Shown here: positions 42,187-56,045 of the stretch, one piece after another
Position numbering within the stretch: the stretch's first letter is position 1
How the letters are laid out: each line of letters begins with the position of its first letter
Source: an uncultured virus (IMG/VR IMGVR_UViG_3300037397_000012)
Lineage: Duplodnaviria > Heunggongvirae > Uroviricota > Caudoviricetes
DNA: 64,000 nucleotides
Reading direction: 5' to 3' (one strand)
Virus record (IMG/VR): IMGVR_UViG_3300037397_000012
The notes under the pieces: generated by a model
Seen by the model: the letters and a program-made list of their open reading frames with translations, nothing else
Told to the model about the DNA's origin: nothing
The model's database searches: none
Program-made: the position numbers and the translations under genes

Positions 42187-43710
42187 AATTATTTGTTCTT
42201 AATTTTTAAATATCAATTAATAATATCAAATGACTCTTGATCTCTAGGCATAAAAGTAATTTTATCAACTATTATTTTAAGCTTAGTTGGATGCTCTGTT
42301 ATACAGGCTTCCATATTTAATATATCCCTAGGTATACCATATACCCATCATGCATCAGATGGTGTATGTAAAGTCAATCTCTCTTTACTTAATATATCTA
42401 TGGCTTCAATCTTATATCTTGGATTTCAATTAATAGAATTATTAACTCTTTCGTTTTCTATTATTTTTATATATCTATATGTCATATTTAATATATTAAA
42501 TATTAAACTATTAAACTATTTAGTATTTATATGTTACTCAATTAGGTTTTGTTAATAATCATATTAATCATTTATTATTTAATAATAACTCATCAAATAA
42601 TAAATCAATTGTTTTACTTTCATTTTTTATGTTTTCACAAAACATAGATTTTTCATCTTGTAAATTCCATTTTGTTGTAAATTCTATTCATTTATTTACA
42701 ATTATATCTTTATATATTATTCACATTCTAATTTCAATAACTGTAAATAAATTTTTTATGAAACTTAATGCTCCTCTAACCTTATCTATGTCTTCAATAT
42801 TTTTTACTAATACAATATATTTATCATATTCTCACTGAAAGTATCATCTAACTTCAATTTCTATGGTTCTATCTTTAATATATTTTTCAATTTTTTTTCT
42901 CATTCAAAAAATGTGAGAATCAAGATTATAAAACTCTGCTTTCATTTTTCAGTCATCAAAATAAACTTCCATTTCATTTCAATATATATCTATATGTGTA
43001 TATCCTTTATATATTTTTTCAAACATTGAAGTAAAAGAATTATTACTATTTGATATAATATGTATTAAATCTAATATTCAATCTTCTTTTAATCTTTCTA
43101 ATTGTTTTTTTTCAAATGCTTCATAGCATTCAAATAAATTACAAACTACTTTGTATTCTCTTTCCATAAGTTTTTATTATATAAATTAAAATGATCTTAA
43201 TTCAATTCAAAAATATCTCATAATAGCTTGATAAATACATTCAGTATATTTATGCAACTTTATCTGATGTATTTTTCATTCAAATTCTACATTATAATTA
43301 TAATGATAATCTCATAATATTTCTCTCTGTGGATTAATGTTATTATTTATATATAACATATAAATTTCTTTTACATCATTCATATTACTCATTTCTTTAT
43401 CTTTGAAAGTTTTATCTAACTTTCAATTTTTATATATTATTATCATTTATTTTTATTTATAAATTAATATATTCTTTACCTTTTGTTGTTAATTCTGTAC
43501 ATTTTCATACATAAGGACCATAATCAGTATATCATCAATATGACACAATACAAGTAAGTCCTCTGCTCTTTGCTTCCTTTAATAATTTATTATACTTATA
43601 ATTTGTTATTTTCATTTCCATAATTATAAATCTTTTTCTATATCCAATTCTAATTAATTCTAAAAAATCATATAACTCTTTTTCTAAACCTTTTTTAATT
43701 GACATAAATT

Positions 43711-44358
43711 TTATTTAATATATAAATTATTAATTTGTCACAATTCGTAAAGCTTATTAGAATACTCAAGTAGCTGCAACCATACCTTATCATAATACTC
43801 CATATCCTCTGAATCTTTTACTGAATATTTCTTTCAGTTTAGATATAGTATTCTACTTCCACTGTATCAACTAAGCCATCTATATCATGCTAGTTGTAAT
43901 TGATATTTAACAGATTTAAAATTTCTATCAGTTCTAGATGTTTTAAAATCTATAACTGTATCATCTGTTAATCAGTCTATTGTTCCTGTAATTACTGGTA
44001 GTGACTTAAAATTCTTAGAATATAATTTTTCCGATTCTATTAAATTAATTCACTCTTTCAGTAGTGCTAATCTATATTGTATATGAATTCATTCCTTTTT
44101 AGATTTTCATCATTTAATATTTTTCTCTATATCTGAATGAATTCAAGTTCAATATTCACATGCTTCTTTCATTTTATCAGAGTAATATCTTTTACAGAAT
44201 TCCATTGTAGGGTCTATTATTAACCCTAATACTTCTGTAATAGATATTGAGTCATAGTCACGAACCTCTGACCTAGTTCATGTTCTATATGAGTTATAAC
44301 TCAATATGTTATGTAATCAATATTCGTACCTACTTATGAATTCTTTTAATTCTTTCAT
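43711..44358 (-). CDS. PD-(D/E)XK (RecB/Cas4-like) nuclease, 215 aa
   Basis: SITEVL, GTGIH, TGTID, VIDFKTS, YQLQLAGY. Confidence 0.85.
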
Positions 44359-44545
44359 AAATTATTAATTTTCAATTTGTATATGCTAACATTAGCATAT
44401 TATATAATACACTAGTATCTAAATAATGTTCACCTTCTGATTCATTGTACTTAATTAAAGCATCAGAATATTCGTTAATTATATTTTTTATATTTTCTTC
44501 CATAAAAATTACTTACTAAATTAAAAACAATTTTCTACAATCAAT

Positions 44546-45865
44546 TTATTTATATTTTTCTAAATTAGTAATCTTCTGTTTAACTTTATTAAACAGAAGA
44601 GGAACTTCACCAATAGCTCAATGTCTATTTTTCCTTACTACAAAATCTATTATATTTTTTCTCTCAGTGTATTCATCATATGCTTCTTCTCTATATAGAA
44701 ATATAATAGAATCAGCATCTTGTTCTATTGATCAAGAATCTCTTAAATCAGACATTATAGGTCTTTTATCTGGTCTATTTTCTACAGCTCTACTAAGTTG
44801 AGATAAAGCAATAATAGGAACATCAAACTCTTTAGCTAATAATTTTAGCTGTCTAGATATTTCAGAAATCTCTTGAACCCTGTTATTCTTATATCATGGT
44901 TCTTTCATTAACTGTAAATAATCTACAATAACTAAATCTAACTTACTACTCATATTCATGTTTATTAACTTCAACCTTAATGAATCAATATTTATTCAAG
45001 TATCAGTATCAACATAAAGATTACTTTCAGATACTTCGTCAATTCACTCAGCTATATTATCTAGATCTAATCTATTTATTTCTCATGTTCTTAATTTGAA
45101 TCAATTAACATCAGAATAAAATGAAATCATTCTATCTGATAATTCTCTCTCCGACATTTCTAATGAAAAGAATGCTACATTCTTTCACTTCCTTATATTA
45201 TAATCACAAATATTCAAAGCTGTAGCGGTTTTTCACATAGCAGGTCTAGCTGCTATTATAACTAAGTTACCTCAATGCATTCATCATAATAGATTATCTA
45301 ATCAAATCCATCATGTATATGATGTTCTCTTTTTTATTCATAATGGATTTTCTACCATTTCAGCTAATTCATTATATCTTTTTAAAAATAAATCATGAAC
45401 CCTTTTTACTGTACTATTTTTTCATCCTATAGTATTTATAAGTTCATTGATTCATTTTTCTAATTTGCCAATTATAAATTCTGGAGATTCATCTTTATCT
45501 ACTAATAATCATATCTCTCATCATATTCTACCTAATATTCTTAGTTTATATTTTTCTACTATTATATTAAGGTATTCTTTATAATTAGTCACAAACGGTG
45601 TAATTTCTGTTATCTCAGCTAAATAAGTCATTCATCATATTCTTTCTAGAACTCAGAACTTATCTAGTTGTTCCTTGATTGTAACTAAATCTATAGCCAT
45701 CTTTTTACTATATAAAAATGCTATAGATTTGTATATATCCCTATTCTGATCATTATAAAAATAATCAGAACTGATTGTTGATAATACTTCTGGTATTATA
45801 TCTTGATCTATTATCATAGATCATAATAATGATTGTTCAGCTAATAAACTATTTTTTGGTACCAT
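44546..45865 (-). CDS. dnaB: Replicative DNA helicase, 439 aa
   Basis: AARPAM[TGA]KT, FFSLEMS, IVDYLQL, LSQLSR, DLRDSGSIEQDAD, KNRHG. Confidence 0.95.
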
Positions 45866-45931
45866 ATATAAATTCTATATTATGATAATAATATCCTATT
45901 CTTATATATCTTTTATTTTTGTATTCTATAT

Positions 45932-46669
45932 TTACTTTCATATTATTTTTATGTTATATCATAATTTATTTTCTATTTCCTCTATTGTTAATTCTTTTAT
46001 ATCATTATAAAATACTAATTTATTTACATATTTCAATGCAACTCGATTTTGCTTTACTGCTTTTAAACATATATCTTCTGTTTGGTTATGCACATATTTC
46101 AATGCAAGTCAATCTTTCTCTATTGCTGCTAAACATATATCTTCTGTTTTGTCATGCACATATTGTAATGCAAATCAATTTTCCTCTACTGCTGCTAAAC
46201 ATATATCTTCTGTTTGGTTATGCACATATTGTAATGCTTCTCAATCTTCCTCTACTGCTGCTAAACATATATCTTCTGTTTTGTCATGCACATATTTCAA
46301 CATAAGTCAATTCTCCTCTATTGCTGCTAAACATATATCTTCTGTTTGGTTATGCACATATTGTAATGCAAATCAATTTTCCTCTACTGCTGCTAAACAT
46401 ATATCTTCTGTTTGATTATGCACATATTTCAATGCAAGTCAATCTTTCTCTACTGCTGCTAAACATATATCTTCTGTTTGATTATGCACATATTTCAATG
46501 CAAGTCAATTTTGCCTTACTGCTGCTAAACATATATCTTCTGTTTTGTTATTCACATATTTCAATTCAAGTCAATTTTGCTTTACTTTTGCTAAAGCTTC
46601 TTCTCATTTGTATGAGATAATATTTGATTCTTTTAATCAAGACTTCTCTAAAATTTTTTTTAAATTCAT
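45932..46669 (-). CDS. DUF4116-like tandem-repeat protein, 245 aa
   Basis: About nine 21-aa units QTEDICLAAVxxxGxALxYVH; C-terminal KELTIEEIENKLGYNIKII. Confidence 0.8.
46025..46590. repeat. 63-bp coding tandem repeat (~9 units)
   Basis: Recurring gctaaacatatatcttctgttt at 63-bp spacing. Confidence 0.9.
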
Positions 46670-47080
46670 TTTTTTATTGTTAATATTATAAAAATTATTT
46701 CCATATTATTCTTCATAATAATGTATTTATTAAATTACTATCTCTTAATGATTTGTTTTTCTTATTTTTTAAATAATAATATTGTATTATATTATTTTCA
46801 TTTTTTCTGTGTTCTCTTTTTAAAGTAGCCAAATCTGGAACTTCTTTAAATCAATCTCAATATTTTTTTATTTTAAATTCTATGAGATTCATATAATCTT
46901 TCCTATTCATAATATTTATTGTTAATAATATTCGTCAGAAAATTCATATCAGTTAAAGCAATGTCAATTTTCACAAATAAATCATCAAATGCTACCATCT
47001 GAAATAATTGGCAATCAACAAGTAGGGCATAATTCTAATTCATCCATAATATATAAAATATTAAATAAAATAACTTTTTA

Positions 47081-47434
47081 TTACATACAATCACAAATTC
47101 AATCAGGATGTTCAATTCAGAAACTACATATAAATGTTTTTCTTTTTATCTTTTGTATTCATTCTTTCTGAATCCATTTAATTATAGTTCTGTAATGATC
47201 TTTATATTTAACTCATCTTCTATACATGTAAGAATCTAAATCCTGTATTTTCTGAATTACTATTTTTTTTCAATAAGCATGATATAGCTTATGCTTTTCT
47301 TCATCAGATAATAATACAAGATTATTTATTCAAAGCTTTTTAGTATTATCTTCATTTAAGAATTCTTTAATCTTTTTTATTTTATCACTATCTGAAATTC
47401 TTTTTCTTAATATTGATTTAATTATATCTTTCAT
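47081..47434 (-). CDS. Replication-initiator C-terminal-like protein with Cys/His tail, 117 aa
   Basis: NLVLLSDEEKHKL...YKDHYRTIIKW resembles phage replisome-organiser C-terminal domains. Confidence 0.55.
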
Positions 47435-47639
47435 ATATTAAATTGTAATTCATATAAGCTTTAATTCCTCCCTAGCTTTCTTATATCATTTTTCCTTTAT
47501 TAGTCTATATACTCATTCTTTATTTTTTACATTTATTCACATCTATTTAATTAGTTTAAAAAATAAAAATGGGGTAATATAAAATAAATATCCCCCATAT
47601 CTTCTTTGTACTAAATTTATAAACCTTTTTAGTATACTA

Positions 47640-48533
47640 TTAAAAAGGAATATCTTCTATACCTATATCATCACCAACTTCTTGCATAACCTCTTCTGCT
47701 GTTTTCTGTACTGGTGATTGCTGAACTTGCTTAGTTTGTTGTGTATTCTGTGCCACAGGCTGCACAATCTCTACTTCTTTTACTTCTTCCTCTGGTTTTG
47801 CATACTCTTGTTGTTTTCAAACCTCTCAATATTTATTTTTATAAAACTCTCTATTTCATGGTAGGAATGCTAGTATTTCATCATTCTTCTTTCTTACTTC
47901 ATCTTTTTGTTCTTCTGTAGCCTGTACTCAAGTTCAGGTAATATTAAACATATATCTTGCTGAGTATTTTTGGGCTTCTATTCATTTAAGCTTATTTAAT
48001 TCTTCTTCTGAAATTCTTTCTTTTGTTTCTGTATTTTCAAATTCCATTACTCACTTAATTGAACATACCTCATTTGGATCTGCTTCTTTTAAGAAATCCA
48101 TTGCTGTTCAAAAATTCTTTCATGAAAGAAATATTTCTTTTAGCATTCAATCATTTAGATCTAATATTGTTATCGCTAAATGTAGTGATGCTTTTCACTT
48201 AATATTTTCTTTGATATCTGTTGTCCGATATCATTTTAATACTAAGTCACTAACCGATCATGAACTAAGAAATGTATGCTTAACAACATATAGTGGTTCA
48301 TTCCAATCTTTTATCTCATTTGATGTATAACTTGCTGTAAATTTATTAGCAGTTTTATCAAATACATTTCACTTTAATGTATATCAAATATCTACAATTA
48401 AGAAATTATCTAAATCATGTATTATGTTATCTTGTTTTTCTTTAACCCGTTCTACAAAATCTGTTTTATAAGTTTTAAGAAAAACCTGTACTGGGTTACC
48501 ACCACTTTTTTTAACTCTATCTTTCCAATTCAT
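47640..48533 (-). CDS. ssb: Single-stranded DNA-binding-like protein, 297 aa
   Basis: Acidic C-terminal tail DDIGIEDIPF; located in the replication module. Confidence 0.6.
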
Positions 48534-49058
48534 ATTATAAAAATATTAAAAATATAAAATAAAAATAATTTTGGAAAAATTAATTATTTATAATAAAAAA
48601 TTATTTATTTAAAATTTCCAAAAAAATTACTAGTAAATTCATAAGAATATTACAAAAAAATTAAAAATCAATATATCATAATTTTCGTTAGAAAATTAAA
48701 TACATCACAGTTTTCGTTAGAAAACTTTCTATACATTATATAGATAATATATTTTATATCAATCTAATATGTGTAGATATGTGACTGTTATGTAGTCGGT
48801 CACATATTATTATTTAAATTTTTCATAACACTCACTTAATGTTTTGTATTCTGTTTTTATGAAATCATACTTAGGTTTTATATTTTTAATTAAATATTTT
48901 CATTTACTTTCTGATTCTATCATTAATTTCTTATCTTCTTCTGAAATATTTTTGTATACATACACAAATGCTCATCTAGTAAAATGTGTAATTAAATCAT
49001 TACCTCTAAATATTGCATTAAACATTGAAGATTTTAATATATCTTTTTCATTCATAAT

Positions 49059-49559
49059 TTATATATGTTTATTAATAATATTTATTGCTTCTTTATATCA
49101 GTAGCAAACATAAGCTGATGCTCATTTATTTAAAAATTCTATCCATTCTATTTGTTCGTCACTAACAGAAGTTCAGTTAGCTCCTCATCTTTTTCATTTA
49201 GCTTTTTTAAGCTCAATATAGATTGGAGAGTTATTTCATTCTTTATCTTTTAAAAAGATAATATAATCTGGGAATCATTTACTTACTCAAGATGCTTTTT
49301 TCTTAGCCATCATTATTACTATATTCTTTGTTCCAGCTTGTCACGACTCATTTGGTATATGAGTGTGTCTTATTCACTTATCACTTAACCGTTTATGTAA
49401 TATTTTTCAATGTTCATATTCAGTTAATTTTGTGTATTCTTTTTCTGGTTTTATTTTTTTCTGTTTTTCCTCTTCTGGTTTTAGTCATGCTATATTATAA
49501 ATTCTATCAGCTTCATCTTTACCTAACATTGATAATAAATCTTCATAATTGTAGTTCAT
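49059..49559 (-). CDS. VRR-NUC nuclease, 166 aa
   Basis: LHK[CGG]LSDKGIRHTHIPNE, GVSKGFPDYII, IYIELK, VSDEQIEW. Confidence 0.9.
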
Positions 49560-49857
49560 AATTAAGTTAAATTATTATATCTTATTATCTTGCTCAAGAT
49601 TTCTTTTTAAGATAAACGAATAAACATATATCAATAACTACAATAATAATAAAATCTGATATTCAATTAAATATAAATATATTTAATATAGGTATAATTA
49701 CTGATACAGTTTTTTCTAATTTATTATTTCATTTAAATATCTTTTTATATCAAAATATTATTATATTACATATAACATATTTATAAAATAATTTAATTCT
49801 ATTTCTTATTACATTTACAGAAATATTATCTATAAATTTTTCTGATTTCATGGTATA

Positions 49858-50859
49858 CTAGTTAATAAATAATATATATAATATAAAAGTTAAATACATA
49901 ATCAATAAATTGAATCAATAAATCTTTTTTATTACTCATTTACTGTTTATTGAATATGTTGTTACAACATATACGATAACCGAAAATATTAAAAATGCAA
50001 ATATAGGGATTATAGAATTAAATTCAATAACTGGATTTAATCACATAAAACTAGTTCATATAAGTATAGGTACTCATAATCAAATGCAAACATCAAAAAT
50101 ATTTGATCAAACTGCATTTGATAGACTAGCATCTATATTTCATTTCCTAGAAGATTTTACTGATAATAATGTATCTGGTATAGATGTTATTGCTGCTAAT
50201 AATACTAGCGATATTACTATTGTAGATATTCAAAACATGCGTCATATAAATTCAGCACATCTTATTGATAATTCAACTCATATATAAGTTAAAAATAACA
50301 TAAATATTATTTTTATAAACTTAATATTTGGTAGCCATGTTATAGTATCATCTGTATCATCATCTTCTGATTTACTTTCCATATATAAATATATTATATA
50401 AAAGCAATATAAAGATATTAACAATATAGACATTATAAATAAGTTACCAACATACAATCATGCAAGTAATATAATTATGCTTAACATGTAAAATATAACA
50501 TCTCTGTTTACTCAGTTAATTATTTTGAATCATTTCCTACTAACTCTCTTATATAAAAGAATAGAACAAAATGGTATTATTAATATATTAAAAATAGCTG
50601 ATCATGATATTGTTCATATTCAAACTTCTAATCCTTTTTCTTTTAATAAAATCAAACTAATAATTGCCGTTAGAAATTCAGGCAATGAACTTGATATAGC
50701 ATCTAGTGTTGCTCATCTAACAGATCAAGTCATTTTAAACTTATTTCATATTATAGATAACTGATCTTCTAGTTCTCATGTAGCATAATTTATTAAAAGC
50801 ATACATCATAATAATGTAAAAATAACTCAATAAATATTTCAAACTAATATATTTAACAT
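49858..50859 (-). CDS. Cation/Ca2+ exchanger (CaCA, YrbG-like), 333 aa
   Basis: alpha1 GATLDAISSSLPE...GSAIFN; alpha2 AAITSIPD...NAVGSNIFD; many TM segments. Confidence 0.9.
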
Positions 50860-50913
50860 TCTTAATTATATATTTAAAAAATAAAAGCCAAGCAATAACT
50901 TGGCTTATTATCA

Positions 50914-51441
50914 CTATAGAGATTTAACAACCTCTTCAATGTTACCTTTAAGATAATCTCACATAGCTTTAAAACTATATCAGTCATCTTTGTCAGTTAC
51001 AACACCTACTACTATAGCAGTATTGTCACCACCATTTTCTGTCATCTTATATGATGCAAGAACCTCATCAGTCTCGTCATTGTAAACTTTACATTCAGCA
51101 TTGTTTACATCTTTCAATGTTTGTCATTTTTTATCTGCTTCATATATATTTACACATATAAAGTATTCACCATCTGCAGTTAAAACGGCATCCATTTTAG
51201 CAAATTCATCATCGCCATCTCATTCACCAGTTAGATTATCATCAGATAATTGAACTCATTTTATTGCATTCTTCTTATTGAAGTAAGCAACCTTATTACT
51301 ATCTTTATGAAATATAAATAGATCTAAATCCATAGTTTTCCCTTCAGAAACATCCCAAGATAATCATACTCTTATCTTAGATATATTAGTTCAGTCTTCT
51401 TTTTTTAGGTCTAGACTTTGACCTTTAGTTAAATCCAACAT
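50914..51441 (-). CDS. terD: TerD-family protein, 175 aa
   Basis: LDLTKGQ, VGLSWD, MDLDL, DNLTGEGDGDDE. Confidence 0.9.
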
Positions 51442-52236
51442 AATTATATATGTTAAAAAATAAAATATTGAGTAAATAAAAAAACTCAATGTGCGTGTTG
51501 AGTTTTTCCTTGTATCATAATCAATACAAATCACGCACTCATCTGTATTGATGTTTATCATATTATTATTTTTTTTATTTAAGTCAAATTATTTTTTAAA
51601 AAATTATAAATCTTTTCGTAAACTTCTTCTGTTTGTTCGTCTAGGGATTTTTTATTATTTAATTTAATTCTTAATTCTTTAAACATATAATTGAAAATTA
51701 AATTACCTCATACAAGAGATAAAAAAATTTTATTTTCTTCACAAAACCACTCTAGGTGGTGTCTATGTATAGGGTTTCAGATTATTTTTATTTCAAAATT
51801 ACCTTCTTCAAGATTTAATAATTCCATTCAAAAAATAAAATTATTATCATTCAATAAAATATATTCTTCTCAATTAGGTGTTTCTATTCAATAGTCATAT
51901 TCATTAGTATCTAATATTTTTAATATTGTTCAAAACTTCAATTCTTCCAAATCATCCTTTATCTCTGGAATTGTTTTTAATAATTCTATTAGTTTATTTT
52001 TATAGTTCATATTTTTTAATTAAATTATAAATATTATCTTTAAATTATATTATAAACTTTATTATTTTAAACTTAAATAATTATCATAAAATTCTTCTAC
52101 TAGATTTTGTATATCATGTAATTTATCTAGCATTTCTTGATCTTCTATAAAGTCTTCTTTTACTTCCTTTTCTATTCAGTCAACAAATTCAAATATTAAC
52201 ATTCATTCATTTTTAGATGGATACCATCCATATATA

Positions 52237-52626
52237 TTATCCATAAATTTTATTTAAATAATTAATACAATAACCTCTTTGGTTATCTCACCTAATTCAA
52301 TTATGTATATTATGGTGACACTGTCTACATAGTCACACTCATTTTTGTTTAGTATTTCTATCTTCTGTATACTCTGCTTGTCATCAAAAATAAACATGAT
52401 GATAATCGGTTATTTGTCACTGACATATGATACAAACCTTATCTCTATTAAATATCTTCTTTTTTGTCTCTATTGAAAATAACGCTGTTCTTCATTTATT
52501 TGATGTATCTTTTTGTATCTGTTTAGATTCTTTTTGCTTATTATAATAACACTTTATACATAAAGACATTAAAGGATTATTATGATTCTTTTTTCTTCAA
52601 CACTTTTTGCATTTGTTTTTTTTCAT
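52237..52626 (-). CDS. HNH endonuclease with CxxC motifs, 129 aa
   Basis: RDKVCIIC...DYHHVY...RN...LCRQCHHNIH. Confidence 0.75.
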
Positions 52627-54913
52627 AAAAATTATTTAATTCTATTTAAATGTATATCATATCAATAATAACTAACTCATCAATAAGTTATATTACAATA
52701 TATTTTTCTTTTTCTGTATTTCCTTCTTTGATGTTTTTTTGTTTTTATCTTTAAGATTCAAACACGACTCCATAATTCATAATTCATAATCATTAAGTTC
52801 ATAAAATAAACCACTTGGAATTTTAGATCTATTATAAGCTGTTCATGCTGATGATATTTATATATATAGAGTATGTTCATTTGTTTCCCATATTCTAATT
52901 TATTAAATAATTATAATATTATGACTCACTTATAATTTTAAAATTAATATTATCATTACAAGTATACTTATATTTTCATCATCATATTCAAAAGTGACTT
53001 CAGCAATTAGGGCAGTATTCACTCCATCTATCTATATCTGCAGAACAATATTCACAATAATATCCTTGATATTCTCTATTTATTTTATGTTTACTACATA
53101 ATAAATATTCCATTGTTCATATATGTAATATTTGTCACGGATCATCTCAAGCTTTTATTATAGAGTAATCCTTTCAACATACAACACATTTAAAATTATT
53201 CATTTTAAATTTTTTATCAAATTAAACTATAAATTGAAACTATTTTATTATTAAATGAATCATATATCTTATTCTTAAATCTACCTCGTAGATGTACGAT
53301 ATACTTTATTCATTTTAATTCAAATATTATTTTTCAATATTTCTTTTTAAAACTAAAGTTATTTTTAATATACTCAATTGTATCTATATGTTTTATGATC
53401 TTATTTGTTATTCATTTTAATTTTTCCAATATAGTCACAAACATATCTGTTACACTATAGGTATTACATCTATACTTATTATTATTACACTTAACCATTC
53501 ATTTAAATTTTATGTATCAATGAATTCTTAGGTGATTAATAAAATTAAGCATTTGTCTCTCTGATAATCAGAATCTAATTCACTCAAGTCTAGATATTCA
53601 TATTATTCAATATGTTTGAAATCTAACTTTTATTGTAAATAATATTCTATTAACTTGTTTTTCTGAAATATTTTTAAATAAGTTATTTAAATCTTCCATA
53701 ATTTATAAAACAAAAAAGAATACAGTTGCCTGAATGTATTCTTTTATAAGTTAGTTTTTTTAAAAACTCTCAGGCAAATGAGTTTCTAAAAATGTATCTC
53801 CTCAAATTTATGAGTATATAATAATAATTCTAAAAATAAAATCAAATCTTTTTTTTTATTTATTTAAAATAATCTATTGATAGCTCAAGATAAAGCTAGT
53901 TCTCATATTATAAATTTTTTCCTATCTATTAAACTTTTCTCTGTTCAATATGTAACCATTCAACAACTATAACATATTTCAACTTCTCATTCATTATAAG
54001 CTATTTCTATTCAATCTTCTCTATAATATTTATTTCACGAAAATTTAAATCAGTTTATTTTCATTATATTTGCAAATCTCATATTTTCCATTTTCTTTAT
54101 TTTAATAAATTAATAAAATTTTTTTCAACATCCATGATTTTAATCTGTTTCATTAATTTTATTTTTTCACTTTTACTCAAATTGAGATACTTAAAAAAAA
54201 TATCTCTAGTTTCTCTTTTCATTCAATCTAACTCTATTAAACTCATTTTAATAATTATTATCTAATAAATTAAACCACCTTGTATATTCAATCCTTTCAT
54301 AACTTATATTCATCAAATATGTTTTTTATAAATATGGAGGACTAAGTTTAGCCCATAACCTAGGGGTCATAACACCCTAGGATAGAAAAAGAAACCTCGT
54401 AGGTTACACGAAATTATTTATGTTGCAGTTAAATTACTATCCATGTTAGTACTATACATAAATAGCTAGAGACCTTTTATCTAGAACAAGGTTTTAACAT
54501 CTCTATGTTATATATATCTATGTATATATATATAATAAGAAGTGTTAAATTATAGCTCCACCAAATGAGCTACTCTTAGATATTTTATATAAAAAATAAT
54601 CATTAACCTTTTATCCAATTGTTGATGTACCACATCATAGTTGGTTAAACCAATTGCTTTCAGCTAAACATTAAACAATGATCAATCGTTTAATATCCTT
54701 ATCATTTTAAATAAAAGGCTACTGATTATCTTTTATAAAACAAAAAAGCTAACCAATTGGTCAGCTTTTATTACCTAAGTTTGACACCTAGATGGGTCAA
54801 CAGTACTAGGTGCTGACCAAACCTAGGTAACTGTTTTGTTACTTTACAAGAAGTAAAGACAATAGAAAATGCTTATATATATTAATATTTTTTTTTATAA
54901 TTGCAAATGTTTT

Positions 54914-55438
54914 TTATATTTTCATTAATTTATCATAACACATCTTAATTATTTTTGCATCAAATAATGCATTATGCTTTATTGTTTCTCACTTGTATCA
55001 CACAAAGTCTTCTCTTGTTATATCTGGATCTACTCACTTTACTTTCATCAATGTACATATATCAAATGGAATATAATATATATTACTAGGTAGATTAGGG
55101 TATCAATCCTTGTAATCCGCTAATAATGTATTAAACAAAACCCAGTCATAAGATAAACAATCACTCCATACTTCTATATTATCTCATTTATCTTTTATCC
55201 ATTTAAGTAATTTACTTCTAATAAATTCTTTTGTTCATGTGAATTCATTCTCATTATCGTGACTTATATCAATATTACTTATTACATTTTCTCTTATCCA
55301 GTTATTACATTTTGTCACATCATAATCTGTAAACTTTCAATAGAAAGTATCTCAGTCTTCTGATATTAATCATATACTTATTAGCTCTGTATATTGTATT
55401 AATCATGTAAACTCACAATCAAAAAATATTTTATTCAT
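54914..55438 (-). CDS. DEDDh 3'-5' exoribonuclease (Rv2179c-like), 174 aa
   Basis: IFFDCEFTG, LISIGL, WSDCLSYDWVLF, HNALFDA. Confidence 0.85.
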
Positions 55439-56045
55439 TATATATTATTAAAAATTATTGTATCTTTTTTCTTATAGTATTTAAATCTATAGCCTGTCTT
55501 ATTGTATCATCTTCTACAAATACAGCCAATGTATTAGCTAAATTTCATAATAATAAATCTAATAGTTCTTTAATTTCTGGATTAATTCATGAAGTAACTA
55601 TTACTTCTTTTTGAGATAATATTTCAGTTAAATCTCTGAGTCTTTCATTGTCACAATCCATTATTACACTTTTATCATATTTCTTATTCTGCTCTTTTTT
55701 ATCTTTATTTCATAATCAAAACATTGTATCTTTATTAAAATCTAAATTAATTTTTTATTTATCAAACAAAATAAAAACCAAAATGTATACATCATATTCT
55801 AAATAAATTTCTAAATCATTTATAAATAACTTTTCAATCTTTAATAAAAGAATCAAATATAATAATATGATTAAATTTTAAATTTAAATAACAATCTTTA
55901 TGTATTCAAAATCTTTTATATCAAATATTATTATTCAATAAAAATTTTTCTATTTTATCTATTTTATTATTTTTTCTTTTTTTCATCCTAATCAAAACAT
56001 TTTTTATATATTATTTATTAAATCAATAAGTATTTATTATAAAAA

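Noticed and set aside
43711..44358. cas4 as part of a phage CRISPR-Cas locus
   Set aside because: No Fe-S cysteine set or other cas genes seen; fits a generic phage recombination nuclease.
46025..46590. Possible CRISPR array
   Set aside because: In-frame 63-bp coding repeats without unique spacers.
54361..54563. Possible tmRNA or tRNA (GGGG... ...CTCCACCA)
   Set aside because: No T-arm or acceptor-stem pairing, and too short for tmRNA.
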